DNA from: the human T2T-CHM13v2.0 reference genome, Homo sapiens
NCBI RefSeq assembly: GCF_009914755.1
Contig: NC_060934.1
Reading direction: 5' to 3' (one strand)
Length of the DNA stretch: 64,000 bases
The notes beneath the pieces were generated by a model. It was not told the origin of the DNA. It was given only the letters and a program-made list of their open reading frames with translations, and did no database searches. A program made the translations under genes and the position numbers. Numbering within the stretch: the first letter of the stretch is position 1; every line of letters begins with the position of its first letter. This document shows positions 38,934 to 53,985 of this stretch, piece after piece.

Positions 38934-40952
38934 TATACTTTTGTATTCCGTAATCTGTTATGCAATGTCTGCTTATTCACCGTTATGGGAAGCTGTTTAA
39001 ACTAAAAGTTCTATTAAGATAATTGATTTTTTGACACATTGAGGATCATTTTGACAATTGTTCAAAGACAGCAACTTATAATTATTAGTAAACCTTAAAG
39101 AGTTGTATATTTTTCCCCAGGAAATTAAGATTTAAATTATCAGGGTCCTAACTCTATCCCTGATTCACTGTGTTGCCTCTGAGATACAGCCATACTGGTT
39201 ATGAAAATGGAAACATTTTCATGCTGGATGGTAAATAGCACTCGTCTGAGATCCCTGCATGTCTCTCCCACTCCTCTTCTGCCCCAGTTGTCTGATTGCC
39301 CCCTACTCCTAGGACATTCTAGATCCTTCTTTAATCCAGCAAGTAAGGAAGTGACATCTGGCAAAAACCGGGACTATTGTCCATTTTTGTTGGTCAGTTC
39401 CTGGGCCCTACTGGCCATTAATTATCTTTCCTTTCACCTCTGATAATGTCAAGCTAAAATATAATGTCCTATTATCAATTGTTTTCATGCTTTTGCTTTA
39501 CCAGGCCCATTGTTTAAATAAAATCAATTAGAAAGAAAACAGAGGAACTTTTCTGTTTGTCATGGGAGTAAGACTCCTAAAGGATCCAGTGGTCTTCATT
39601 CTTTCCCTCAGAATCACTCCAGGTGATTCTTGAGGCCCTTGTGGGACCCTAGAAGACACTAAGAATGATTTATACAGCACACATGGCTGATGATGTCCCT
39701 ACCATCAGTGACACTCTGTGATGTTTTCTCATACCATGGGGCCAGTTTTGTTATTGGGACAGTCTAGGAAGTAGAGACCAAGAACTAGCCCAGAGTAAAT
39801 GCAGTGTGATAGAGCATAAAAATTATGAAATTAGGAGGAAATGTCAAGCATGAGATTGTAGGGCATTGCAAGTAGCAATCTCTGAAACTGAGATATCTCT
39901 AGATATCAGGGAAGTCTGGGTTACCATGTTTCAAGTTTTTGACCTCCCCAAACTATAGTCACCTGATATATTCATGCCATATATTTAAAAATGTACCAAG
40001 ACTCTCACCATAATTGGGGAGCAACTCATAAGATCAAGGTTGATCCCAAGGTCCATAAATAATAAAGTAGCAAATATATTACTGAAGAGGATTAGACACA
40101 GAGAAAAACGTCACTGGAGTTGGCAAACTAAAGACTATTCCTTGACACCCAGACTGGAGCCTAAGTATTAAAACTGGGTATGTTTTAATAGATTTGGCAT
40201 TAGAGCTAGACTAGGCAATTTTTATATTTATTCATAGAGAAAGATAACAAGGAATGTCTGATTCCTGTGTCAGGTACTGGGATACTGAGATGAACAAGAC
40301 ACAAATTCAAAATAGGTTTGAAAACTGAATATATGTATAGAACCAGCTCAATTAGAGACAAATTGGTGTCTGTATTAAAATGGTTTTTTGTTCCTTTACC
40401 AGTACTAGTAGGAAAACCTCAGTGCCTTCCACATGTAGCCTCTGTTTAGAACTCGTTTGTAACTCTTTAGCCACAACAGCATCAGTCCCCAAGGATACAG
40501 CTTCTGATGCTGGTCTCTATCTCAATCTCCTCCCAGCCGCATTGCTTACGGTGAGTTTGTGTCTTCCTCCATTTCCTGTTACTGCGTTTATTCAGATATT
40601 CAACTCCAAGTTCCAGGGGCAAAGAAACAGAAATACTGAATCCATGCTCTGGGATAGGAAGATCACACAGTGAACCAGCCATGCAGGAACCTGCATGGCC
40701 ATTGGAACCCAGAGTGCCAAATGGGATAGAAATATGTGGAGAAAATAGTATTTATGTAACTCTTCTCAGGGAGGTGCTATTGGTGTTTCTGATAAGCAAC
40801 TTGGGATTGGGGGGTAAAGCTCACCAAGGTGCATACTCAAGGTAGAATAGGTGATCACTAAACTGCCTGGTAGGTTGCATTAAGTGTGGGAGTTTTATCT
40901 TCTGAGTGGGGTCTCCAGGCATGACTCTATTATAGAACTACATGACTCGGAC

Positions 40953-41290
40953 AAGGGGTTGGCAAACTTTTTCTGTAAAGAGCCAAATAGTAAATATTTT
41001 AGGCTCATGGGACAAATTACCTTTGTTGCAGCTACTCAACTCTGTCTTTGCAGTGCAAAAGTAACTAAAGATGATATGTAAATGAATGAAGACAGATGTG
41101 TTTCAATAAAGCTTTATTTATGGACATTGACATTTGAATTTATATCATTTTCTTATGTCAAGAAGTATTATTCAGCATTTGATTTAGTTCTCATCATTAA
41201 AACATGTAAAAATCATTCTTATCTCATGACCATACCGAAAATAAGCAGCTGACAGAATTTGGCCTGTTGGCCATAATTTCTTGACCCCTG
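40953..41290. mobile_element. MER58B (hAT-Charlie)
   Basis: aggggttggcaaactttttctgtaaag ... ttgacccctg; decayed 8-bp TSD ACTCGGAC/ACTTAAAC. Confidence 0.85.
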
Positions 41291-44200
41291 ACTTAAACAA
41301 TATTAGAAAGTGGAGGGCTATCCGTAGTTGTCCTGCTCCAGTTTTTCTCCATCCTGTATTCAGCTTTTTAAAATAAAGCAAATACATAAAAAGAACTGAT
41401 TTGAAGCGTCTGATCAGCACTGCCCATGGTGTCTTCCAGTGCTGCTCCTCCTGATGCCATCTGTCTGTTTGTCTTCCAAACACTGGCAGGCATGCTTTAC
41501 TCCATCCCCTCAATTTCTTCACTTCACTCTTCTGTACACATCTTCTGTAACTCTTTCGCATTGTATCCCCATCCCACTCCACTCCCCATGCACACACCTC
41601 TTTTTATAGTTGATTCCTGCACCTCTTAATTCCACTCTTGCATTCTCTAGAAGTTTGCTTCAGATTTTGCATCAATTTGGTAATAGCTAACTAATTAGAG
41701 ATTAAAATGGTTCTCTGCAATAGTTATTTGCATTATGATAACATACCCCTGAGGAATGACAAATCGTGAAAATCCAGAAGAATCTTTCAGAATGTCAGGT
41801 GCCATTGGGGGAGAGAAGAGGGAAAGTAGAGGGGAGATTTGGGGACAGCAAACCCTTGCAGGCACCACTCTAAGATCACCAACTAGGTCAGTCTCAGGAA
41901 GGAACATGCACCCAAATGGTGATTTGCCCACCGAGGTCACCTGTATTCTTCTTCTTATATAGCTTGTCACTCTGTGTCCACATGATAGGACTGTATGAAC
42001 TCCACATGTCACATCGCCCGTTGTCACATTGCTTAACTAATAGGATGATACACTTAAAATATTTCACAGCCTCAGCCTTTCCTACAGCCTAAGTGGATTT
42101 TATTTTGGTTCATTTTCCAGAATAAAATCTAGGGTGATGTGAGGATATTGGCAGGATGGTCACAGGAAAACAAATGTGCCTTTTTAGAATGGTGTCAGCT
42201 GCAATTATTTGAACTTGTCTTTTTTTACAGAGCTGTTATTGACTGGTGTGCTTCTCAAAAAATGTGTATTAAGCAGGAAAGATAAAATCTAGAGGTTTAG
42301 AAGAAAGAGTAACATTATATTCATTCAATTTAATGATGTGGGTTGAATTATAGCATGCCCTGAACAAGCATGATCTAACTACAAAATAAGTACATTCTCA
42401 TTCGAAAAGGAGTATACCCTGAGACAACATTTGTGGTTTAAAGTCATGGAAAGAGACAGTTGAGACAACTCCTCATGTTTGCCTGGCTTTGAAATGGTAA
42501 TAGACATTCATCCTATTTCAAGTCCTTATAGCAATGATATACAGCATGACTGACTGGGATGCCCAGACTGTTGGTTCATCCACCCAACCAGAGCTTACTG
42601 GTTACCTGCCATATGTGAACCATCCAGACATCTAGTATTTGGGGGTTTAAAGGCAAATATTTAAATATTATATGCTTATTTCCATCTCTGTTATATGGAT
42701 AGTTTCCAGCAATAATCTGTTAAGCCACAAACTTACAAAGGTTCTCTTTAGTAACCTTTTGACTCTGCTCAAAGTAAAAGAAGTCCAGTCTCAATTTTTA
42801 ATATGCTGGTGGGCCATCAATCAAAATTTAACACACTTAAGAAATTATTGTTAAAAAATGTATATGGTAAGTGGATAAGTCAGAAAGTCATAGAAGAGAT
42901 TTAAGAAGGAGAAGTAAAAGGGAACATACAAACCAGAGCTTACCAAGCGTTTTTTAGAAAAGGCCAAACAATAAATATTTTCAGCTTTGTGGGCCAAACA
43001 GTCTGTGGCATGAAAACTCAATGCCATTTCACCCAAGGGCCATAGTTTTCTAACCCCTTTTATAAATAAACTTATTTCACAGTTGAAGAATTTGAGTCCC
43101 AGAAGTGTCAGGTATACACAAATCACACTGTTTAATAAGAATTAAGACAGATCGGGTATTCACATTCTTACACTATAATGCATTTGTTATATCTCAGGAT
43201 TTTAGAAAATAATGAGGGTTTGAAAAACCTCTCTTCCGAATCCTTTAGTTTAAAAATGAGGAAGGCGAGTCCCAGAAGGAGTGTGGATTGTCCAAGCTCT
43301 TTAATGTTAAGGGTGGGATTACAGCACAGGCCTCATAACATCTGTTTCAGTGATTTTTCACCTACCCCACATTATTCTGTAAATGACTAAGATAGAAAAC
43401 TCATACATTTATTAATTCAATAAGCACATACTGAGAGTATCAAGTGGGTTTTATGCTCAGTGCTATGATATATAGGGATGTCTAAAAAGAGTTTCCTTCA
43501 AGAATCTTGGAGTCATGAAAATGAATAAATCGTATGATAGTCCACCTGAAAAAGAGGAATTGATGGCTTATGAATTGAACTAAAATATTTTCATTGAATT
43601 AAATCTTAATCTAATTACACTACTTCTAAATATATATAGATATATGGATCTTTATAGATATCTCTCAATATATAGATCAATCAATCAGTGGTAAAATATT
43701 TGAGTTCCAAATGACTCTTCAAATGGATAAGAACCTCACGAGTCACATCTCCATCATCCTGGCTAAATATTTGGAATTAGAATTTAAATGACAATTTTAT
43801 CAATTCAGCTAATAAATTTATTTCATTAAAAACATGTGGGCCCTTACTAGCTCACTCCCCTCACATCCCATAACAGCTTTGGTTCGCCTGTTGATTTTCA
43901 TTGTACCGTCCTTTTACTTGCCATACCATACATTTACAACACTCGTTTATCTGTATTAACTTACAAACTACAAGCTTAAGGAGGACAGGACTATGTTTAT
44001 TTGGTTCACTACTGTATCCACAATTAGCACAGTATCAGGAAATATAATAAGCACCTACTATCTATTGAAATGAACGAATGAATGAATGGATGATGCCATA
44101 TTAGTCTGAATCTAATCAGCATATAGTAATTTGAGCAGCAAAGTGTTATGATAAAAAAATAGTAACTATAATAGGGGACTGGAATAATAAGGGATTACCA

Positions 44201-44371
44201 AGTAAGAAGCAAAGAAAGCTTTAGAACATATAGAAATAGCAGCTATAAGGAGTATTCACTAACACTACTCCTGTGAGAGAGAGCACCCAGTGAAGACACC
44301 TCCCTTCTTGCCACCCCCCAGCCTTCCCCATTCCACCCTGCTGAGGCTGAGAGTTACACCTTGTTATAGAG

Positions 44372-44595
44372 CAGGGTCCCTGAAGCACACCACTATTGAC
44401 ATTTGGGGTCAGATAGTTGTTTTGTGTTGCGGGGGCGGGGCTGTCATGTACAAAGTAGGATGTTTGGCAGCATCCTGACCTCTACCCACTAAATAGTAGT
44501 ATCCCTCACCTCTCCAGTGTGACATTCAAAAGCATGCCCTGAGCAAGCATTGCCAAATGTCCCCTGTGGGGTGAAAATCACCCCCTGTTAGGAAG
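44372..44595. mobile_element. MER20 (hAT-Charlie) nested in an older LTR-like sequence
   Basis: cactattgacatttgggg..agata..ggcagcatcc..cctctacccacta..cattgccaaatgtcccctg. Confidence 0.8.
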
Positions 44596-45628
44596 GATAT
44601 AGTCATTACTTACTGGATGTCAGTGAAGTCTCTGTGATGCCAAGCCAATAGAACTTGTGCCAGGAATCTGCACTGTAGGGTGCAGGAAAGCTCTGTAAAG
44701 GGAGAGCTTTAAAACCACCTGAGGGGAAGTCCGCTGGGGAAGCTGCTGGCTGCCATGTACTGTAGTAGCCAGACACAAGAGAAACCTCAAGAGCCTACCA
44801 AGAACACTGGAACCAGGAAGCTGAACCCTTTTGTCCTTGAAGTATCTCCCCAATACCTTCTGCCAACAAAGTTTCAGTGCCAGTCAACCCGATCCACTTT
44901 TACAGAGCAGTTAAAAGAGTAAATTTTGGACTGAGAGGGAATAAATCAATTATCCATACAGATTCCAAACCAAATCCTATTCTGGGATCCAGAGATATAA
45001 AGGTGAATAGCAAAGTCTTCTCCTTCTTTGGATTAACTCTTGGTCCAAACAGATGCATTCAAAAATCAGCATGAGAAACTGCATTTTGAGTAAGAATAAA
45101 ATACTTGGGGAACATTGAGGATGGAGGAATATGTTTGGCCGGTAGCATCCCAGAACTTCCTGGACACTATAACATGAGAGCCAAGTTGTTAAGTTTGAGT
45201 AGGTATATTACAAGTGAGGAAGGAAGGGTAAAGACAGCTACTGCTGAGGGAAGGACCTGTATAGAAGACAAGGAATTTAGAAAGACCTTTGTACAGTAAT
45301 AAGGGGAGTGTGGCAATAACAGAGGATTTATGGGACAAGGAACTGGATAATTAGGAGGAAAGCTGGAAGATGTGTTTGGAAAGAAGAGATGGGGATAGAT
45401 AGTAAATAAATATCCTAGTATCTCAAACTAAAATAATCTAGATTTATTTTGGGGGCAATAAGAAACCAACAGAGAACCATTGGAACTCTATTTTGTATCT
45501 GTTTTCGAAGGAAGAGAGTAGCAGATTAATTACAATGGGGAGGAACTCAAACAGGCAGACTTTTAAGATACTGCTGCAGTAGTCCTAAAGGATGTTCATT
45601 AGAGCTTAAGAGCCTTAACTTTAGTCTA

Positions 45629-45945
<317 letters not shown>

Positions 45946-48900
45946 AACTTTAGTCTAAAGTAGATTTTTATTAATAATTAAATGTGAGGGATGAAAGGGA
46001 AATGTTTCTAGTTTAGGAGACTTGGATGTATTTAATAAATAAAGAAAAAATAATAGATGTATGTAATAGATAAAGAATAGAACAAGACAGAGCAGGTTGA
46101 GATGGAAGTAACTGGCTGATTCAGTTACAGATATTGCAAGCTCAGGCTGCCTAAGTGATATGCAGATAGTCAGCAGATGTCCATTGGCAGTTAGAAATGT
46201 GAGTTTTGTTTTGTTTTACTTTTTACAGTCAGATGATGAATGGAAATTGATGTTGGAGTTCATAATTATTTTAAAAATATAATAATCACAGCTTTGATTA
46301 CGTTAATTACAGTTATTGTTTTGTTTTGCACCAATGAATAAATAATTCATTTTTTTCCAGTAAATGCTTGAAACCTTACTATATTTCTAAGACTTGCATT
46401 TTTGTCCATTGGATGTTATAAAACTTGTTATTTAGAAATTCACAATGTCTTCGGAACTCATAAACAAGTTGTATGAGTGAATAAGAAAATATAAAAGATT
46501 TCAGTTTCTAAATCATAAATATCCATCTTAATTTCTTCAGTTAAAAAGATAATATTTGAAATTTTATATTTGAAAATCTCTTTACCTTTTTTATGTACAA
46601 CATTTGGCTGTTTATTTGAGGAGACGTTATAATGCTTCTTGTGTTCCAGAGGTAAACCAGGGAGGTGGAGGGCACCAGGATTTATTTCTGACAGAAGCTT
46701 AGCAATCAGTTTAAAAATTCACTGTATAGTCATGAAGTTTGAGAGTTGAATTCTGCTTTAGACATCCACAGCACTTTTTTGGTGGAGTTAAATGGTTTTG
46801 CTTACTTTAGTATTCACACTTGCCTGGTGAGACAGTTATTACAGGCCCAGCTGGGTCATAAAGATCTAAGACTTTTCTTTTCTTTTCAATATGTCTAGCA
46901 GTTGGTACTCGTTTTGGAACTCATAGCATGGATGTATGAATTGGATTAGCATCAGCCACAATAACAGTGAAACTTCATTCCCAGACAGCTGTGTTTACAA
47001 AGGAGGCCTTTTTAGAATTTACTTCTTTGCATAAAGTACAATGATCATATTAGCCATTGCTTTGCTACAGTCATATAATTGAATTAGTTTTAAATGGAAA
47101 GCCAGACTAGCAAAGGCAAATCATGATTTGCCTTTAATAGGCAAGAAGGGTGTTGTCCTCCTAGCTGCACTGGAGACAGTACATTGTCATCTAGACAAGA
47201 AACCCACTTGGGCTGAATAACATTTTATTTAATTATTTTTCATTATTCCCATGGGGTTCACTTTAAATCTTCTCTCTTTTTTTACCTTTCTAATATAGTC
47301 TATGTCATATGATTATAAATGTAATAACTGTTTGTTTTAGAAAGATTGGAAAGCATAGAGACATATAAATATAACCCTACCATTCAAAGGGAATTACTGT
47401 TGATAATTTCGTGTCCTTAAATAGTGAGATAATTCTGCCTAGATATTTTTCTCCTGCGTTGTCTACATCCTGGGGCAGCATTAATAAATCACATACACAC
47501 AGATAGAGATATTAATATATACACATAGATGCTAGATGTACTATAGATAAATAGTCATTAATTTTTCTCACAGCAAACTTGCAAGGAATTCTTTTTTTTC
47601 TCCATTTCAAAGGTAAACTAAGCTTCACATAGCCAAACTGTCAGGTTGCAAAACACACAGCTTGTAAGTAAAGAAATGGTATTTGAGTATAATTCTATTT
47701 TCAAAGCCTATTATAGCACATACTTTACCACGTTGCATTAGCAATTTACCATGTTAATAAAAACACTTCATGTATAATTGAGTTTCTTTGTCATAGTTTC
47801 TTGACTGTGCTTGGGCATTTAAGCTCATTTTAATTTTTTATTTTGTAAAGAATTCTCTGTGTTAAACTTTACCCCTGTTTTAGAAATATGCAGTATTAGA
47901 ATTACTGATTCAAAGGATATGTATTTTTTAAATTATTGCCTAGAATCATTATACAGTTTACTCTCCAGTGACAATATATGAGAACATCTGTTCCACTGCA
48001 CCCTCGCCAGCTTAAGTTTTTGGTTGAAACAACATGACTGGGGTGAATCAGCCCAAGGCATTAGTTACATCACCGTCCTAAAAGAGTTAGTTTGACATTT
48101 GTTCTTTTCTTGCAGTTGAGACATGGAACTTAATTATTGACAGAATCTGGAAGATTGTTCATTCTTTAGTGATTGCTTCTTTGTTCTGGAAAAGAATAAA
48201 CAAATCTGAGACTTCAGAAAACTGGGAGTAGAAATGAGCTCAAATAAACTTCCTCTGAAATGTCAAAAGTAAATAGTAAAGGCCAACAAGGTACCTAAAG
48301 AAAGGGTAGACAAAAGAAAAATGGAAATTATCCAAGTAATAACTTACATAGGAACAAAACATTATGACTTGAGAAGATCCCAGTTTATAGATGATATAGA
48401 TTGTGGTCAGTGGTGGAAAAGAAAGGAAGAGTTCACACAAGCTAATTTATAAATTTTCTCAGCATCCAAATATGATGTTTTTGTTTTAATACACTCATGT
48501 CAGCTAATCCCCACAATAGCCCCATGGGACCAGAAAACAAAAACAGTTTCAGAGAGAAATTAATGATCAGAAAGACCCAGTGACTTGGTCAGAGTTACAT
48601 TGCTGTATTGGAATTCCAGGCCTGTCTGCACTAAGACCATGCTCTGCCAATTATACCAACTCTTGCTTTTATACCAACAAAGTAAGTGGTAACTGGAAAG
48701 CGTGGTTGTGTTTGGGGAAAGAGTAGGGTGGGAGAGATTAAAGGCAGCGAAACAGAGGATGCTTCTGAAGTAAGAATGTCAATAACCTGAATAAGGCAGT
48801 AGAAGTAGAAAGGAAAAAGAGGAACAAATTCAAGAGAGATTGCAAAGGTAGACCGGATGGACTTGGGTAAAAGGGAAAGGTCATAGATAACACCAAGATT

Positions 48901-49299
48901 TCTATCCTGAATTATTGGTAGGTGATAATGCCATTAGAAAGTCAGAAAACCTAACAGCAAGTCTGGATGGAAGCTGGTTAATACAGTTATGGTTAGGTTG
49001 AGCTTGAGGTACAGGTGAGACATGCATATGACACTGAGAAAAATGATGACAATATGTATCCGGAGAGTTCAAGGATACGGATATAGATTTGAAGGTCATC
49101 GGCCTGGGGATCTGAACTGAAGTCTTAAGGTTAAATGTTATTTTATGGGAAAACTTAAATCAGTGTACTATGTAAGAACTAAGTTCTAATAAAAATCAGA
49201 CTCCTGGGATCAAATTCTAGATCACTTTCCAGCTATGTGGTCCCAGGCAAGTTTATGTAACCTCTCTTAGCCTTGTCACTTATGTATTCTCATCTAGGT

Positions 49300-49476
49300 A
49301 ACGTTGGCAATGCCTGGAGACATTTTTTGTTGTCACAACTGGGTTTGCTACTGTTATCTTAGTGGGCAGGGTTCAGGGATGCTGTTAACCATCCTACAAT
49401 GCACAGGACAGCTCCCTAAAACAAAGAAGTATCTTGTCCAAAATGTCAGTAGCTCTGAGTTTGAGAAACCGTGCTG
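49300..49476. mobile_element. MER20 fragment inserted in a MIR (about 49160-49560)
   Basis: ttggcaatgcctggagacattttttgttgtcacaactggg..catcctacaatgcacaggacag. Confidence 0.8.
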
Positions 49477-50321
49477 TAAGTATTCTATAAAGCAGAGATA
49501 ACTGTACTTACCTTGTAGAGATGTTGTGAGGTTTCAATGAGATCATGAAGGTAAAAAACAAAACTGAACATATCTTAAACAAGAAATATTTAAGAAAACA
49601 AATTTAATATATTGAATAGAAAAAAAAAGGCAAAGGACACAATTTGGGAAACCATTTACCTTTAAGAAATGTCAGAGGAAGGAATGTGTGTCACATATAC
49701 TGAAAGGTAGCATAGAGGGAGAAGAGAAGAATCGGGAAAGTGGGGCATCAGTGATCAGCACAGAGCCCCTTAGTGGAGTGCCATGAGCGTCTATTGCATG
49801 ACTGCAACCAGGGAAGAAGGCGAGCAGGACCCTGAACCTCAGATAGCTCACCGAGGATGGGACCTGGAAAGAGACCACTGGGGTGAATGGTTAGCAGAGT
49901 CGTGATAACTTTGAGGGAAAAGTTGTAATAAGGGTGAAAGAAAGATGGGAATAGAATTCCAGGCAGCAATAGGCTGAGAATTAATGAAAAATGAGGATAA
50001 GACATAGGAAAAGCAGCTTCTTCACACTGACTATTTGACCACAGAGGATAGTTTTGCTTTTTTTTTTTTTTTTTTTTTTTTTAGGTTTGGAAAGAACATC
50101 CTGTTTAGACTGAAAAGAAAGAAAAGTCAAAAGGGAAACAACAAAACAATAAGAAAGATTGTAATTGATGGAGCAAGAGTCCAGAGGAGAAAGATGAAAG
50201 CCTCTGTGATTAGTAGCAATGAAAAGGAGACTTGTTTTAGAAAAAACATGGGGTACTTCCTATGGCAGAAAAGTACGATGATAATGTCACTGCACTTGAA
50301 GTCCAGGGAAAAAATGCAAAT

Positions 50322-50424
50322 CTATTTAATAAGATTTTCATTTGTAGCTTTTGAAAGGTTCATAAAAAGCTGAGTTCTTTTTATGAACCTTTCAAAAATT
50401 ACAAATGAAAATCATATTAAATAG
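50322..50424. repeat. Inverted repeat, 48-bp arms (45/48 complementary), 7-nt loop
   Basis: Manual reverse-complement of 50377-50424 against 50322-50369. Confidence 0.95.
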
Positions 50425-50485
50425 CCCAAATACACAAGAAAATGTATTGTCTAGACTGCCATTGGTGTTCCCTCATTAGACTTCC

Positions 50486-50875
50486 TATTAAGGACTGAAT
50501 TACGTCCACCCCAAATCCATATGTTGAAGTCCTAACCCCCAATGTGACTGTATTTTGAGACAGGGCCTTTCAAAAGGTATAATAATTAAGGTTAAATGAG
50601 GTCATAAGGGTGGGGCCCTAAACCTGTGGGACTGGAGTCCTTGGAAGCCAGGAAAAGACACCAACAGGGCGCACATGCAGAGGAAAGGCCATGTGAGGAT
50701 GCCGTGAGTAGGGGCCTGTTAGCCAAAGGCAGGACAAAATAACTCACCAGAAACCAAACCTGGTGGCTCCTTGATCGTGGACTTCCAGCCTCCAGAATGG
50801 TGGGAAGATAAATTTCTGTTCTTTAAGCCACCCAGTCTGTGGCATTTTGTTATGGCAGCCTCAGGGGACTAATTA
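50486..50875 (+). mobile_element. MLT1A/B MaLR solo LTR
   Basis: catatgttgaagtcctaaccccc..ggacttccagcctccagaa..ttgttatggcagcc; 5-bp TSD CTTCC (50481-50485 / 50876-50880). Confidence 0.9.
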
Positions 50876-50963
50876 CTTCCCTAAATGGAACTTTTATACA
50901 CATAATACAATAGGAGAAAGAGGTGACCTATTGAAATAAAAATTATTTATCTTAAGGAATCTT

Positions 50964-51333
<370 letters not shown>

Positions 51334-52189
51334 TTAATACCAAATCTTAGACACAACTATTAACTAGATCACCTCAGATTTCCATATTGGGGAGATAAAT
51401 ATGGTGCCAATTACGGCTGGGATTGCAGATGTTGGAAACAGGTTGCCTTGGTTCAAATCCCAGTGTTGACACTTACTAGACATGTGACCTCGAGCAAATT
51501 ACTTAATTTTCTTAGCCTTGATCACCTTACCTGTAAAACAGGGAACATCCATGTAAAATAGTTTGTACAATCCTAATACATGCTAGCTAGTATTTTCATG
51601 TTTTATTTGAAATTTTTATACTGCTAAGTTATATAAACATTAATTTGTGACATAAAGGGATGCATTCATTGGTAAGCTTCTAATTATTTTTTGGGAAAAG
51701 TATGTATTTCCCTTTCTAATCATGTAATGAGAGCAGAAATAAAAAGTCCAGTAATTGATTGATATTTATAAAAATGTTAAACTAATGTCTTTGTTTCAAG
51801 GAGTTTCACAGCATAAATAACAAAAAGTCTACTAAAACAGATACCTTGGGATAGATTTATTGTGCCATTTTAGGATTTCACTTTCAAGTTGCTTAATAGA
51901 AAATCAGTGACTATCATAGTATTTGCATTCCCAAGATATTTTTCTTAGCCAGAGTTTCCCAGAAGCAGTTTTTAAATAGTCAGTTACTAAAAAGTGGATT
52001 GTTGTAACTGATATCTACTATAATTGATATGTCTATATAAACTAGAATATATCAGCTATAGATTTTTATTGTTTTTAATAAATATGGCCTATTTGTTTTT
52101 AGACAATTTTGATAGGATTTTTTGCCAATTATACGAATTTGTAAATTTTAAATAATTTGTAAGTAGAGGAGCCTGAAATTTTTAAAAAC

Positions 52190-52378
52190 ATTTCTTTTAG
52201 GTTTTAGGGTACATGTGCAGTTTTGTTATATAGGTAAACTTGTGTCATGCGGGTTTGGTGTGTAGATTATTTTGTACTCAGGTACTAAGGGCCTAGTACC
52301 CAATAGTTATTTTTTTCTGCTGCTCACCCTCCTCTCACCTTTCACCCTCGGGTGGGCCCTAGTGTCGGTTTTTTCCTT
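52190..52378 (-). mobile_element. L1PA/L1PB-type 3' UTR fragment
   Basis: gggtacatgtgcag..taggtaaacttgtgtcat..ctagtacccaatagttatt. Confidence 0.8.
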
Positions 52379-53309
52379 CTGAAAATTTTTTAATAGATAA
52401 GACGCTCATTGTTGCCATAGATTCTGCTTTGAGAATACCAAAATTTGGAGAAAAAATTCACATTTGCTTCTACATAATTCTATCACAAAATGGTCTTAAA
52501 ATTGAGAATTTACAGTGTTATGAAAAAATTAATTTAGTATTGATAGTTTGTTTCCATTGGGAAAGTATATTATTTTGATGAAATTAATTAAACATATGTG
52601 AAACTTATCATTGGTTTTCATGTCAAAACAGTGTAATCTGGTCCAGAAAAGCAGTGATAGGAAGAGTAATGTGTAATATCTACTTTTGTTAGTATGGATT
52701 TTATATAGTAAGGTAAAGAGAGTTGCTAACACTTAAAATAATTGTCCAGCCACAAAAAGTATGTCCATTGCATGGACCATTTGATTTAAGTATAGTTGAG
52801 AGATATTTATTTTTAAGGAAAAGGAAACATATAGAGTGGGCACATTAGGGCAATCTATTCTTATATTTTCCTCCTAAACACTGAAAAGGCTAAGAACTAT
52901 CACCTGAGATTTGATTCTAATTTCTCCTGCTTTTAATTGAAAATGAAAGTCATGCTACATTTTAAAATCCTTTCTTCCACTTTAATTGCAATTGGGATTC
53001 ATGGATATAAATTTCATTATGGTCTAAAATAATTACCCTCATTTAATGTCCTCTATATAATTCAATGTTAAATTGCTAAGTGTTTCAAATCACTTTACCC
53101 GTATTTATACCAATGTATTGCTGTATTAGGATGCTAGGCATTCATTTTAACTAAGCCTTTGTCCTAAGAGTTCATATAGGTGGATACCCTAAGACATACA
53201 GAGGACTTTTAACTCATATATCTTAAATTTTAAATAAAACTTTGCTTCAGAAACTTAAGAGTTTGCTAGTCATATCCTGGGCACATACATATACCCAAAT
53301 GAATAAATG

Positions 53310-53985
53310 AGTAAGTGGTTGAGCGAGTCCATCCAGCTATTTATTAATTCATTTTAAATTTCTATTACAGGCCAGGAAATACTCTAGTTCCTAAATAGAG
53401 ATACTGATAAAGAAGCTAGACTAGGTGCCTGATCTCATGAAATGTACATTTTGGCATGAGGAAGACAGCAGATATTTAAACAAACAAAGTGATTTTTAGC
53501 TAGTGGTGAGTGAAAATGAGTTAAAATCACAGAGTGACATTAGGAAGGATTTTGAGTGAAGGCTACTTTGCATGGGTTGGTCAGTCCTGTATAAAGAGGA
53601 AACAATTGAGCTGAGACCTGAATGGTACTGAGAAAAAACCATGAAAATCTAGAGAAAGAATGTTCCAGGCAGAAGACAAAGGCCCTGAGGCAGATGCGTG
53701 AAGTATTCTATGGTCAAATGTAGCATGGGATAATTCAGAGAAGTTGTAGAGGTCAGCAGAAGAGTGACACGATCTGATTTATGTTTTTAAAAGATTACTC
53801 TGCTTACTGTGTAAGGATGAGAGAGGAAATAAAGGAAAAGGCAGTTACAGAATTCTTCAGTGAGAAAATGGCAGTTGAGACCCAAAGATAATATAGAAGA
53901 GGGGATTCATTTCAGATTATTGAAGTTAGAATATACAGGATTTGGTGTTGGATTAGATACAGAGGAAGGAAGAGGACAATCTAGA
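53310..53985 (-). mobile_element. L2 fragment
   Basis: ttgagctgagacctgaatg..gttccaggcaga..aaaggccctgagg motifs. Confidence 0.65.
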
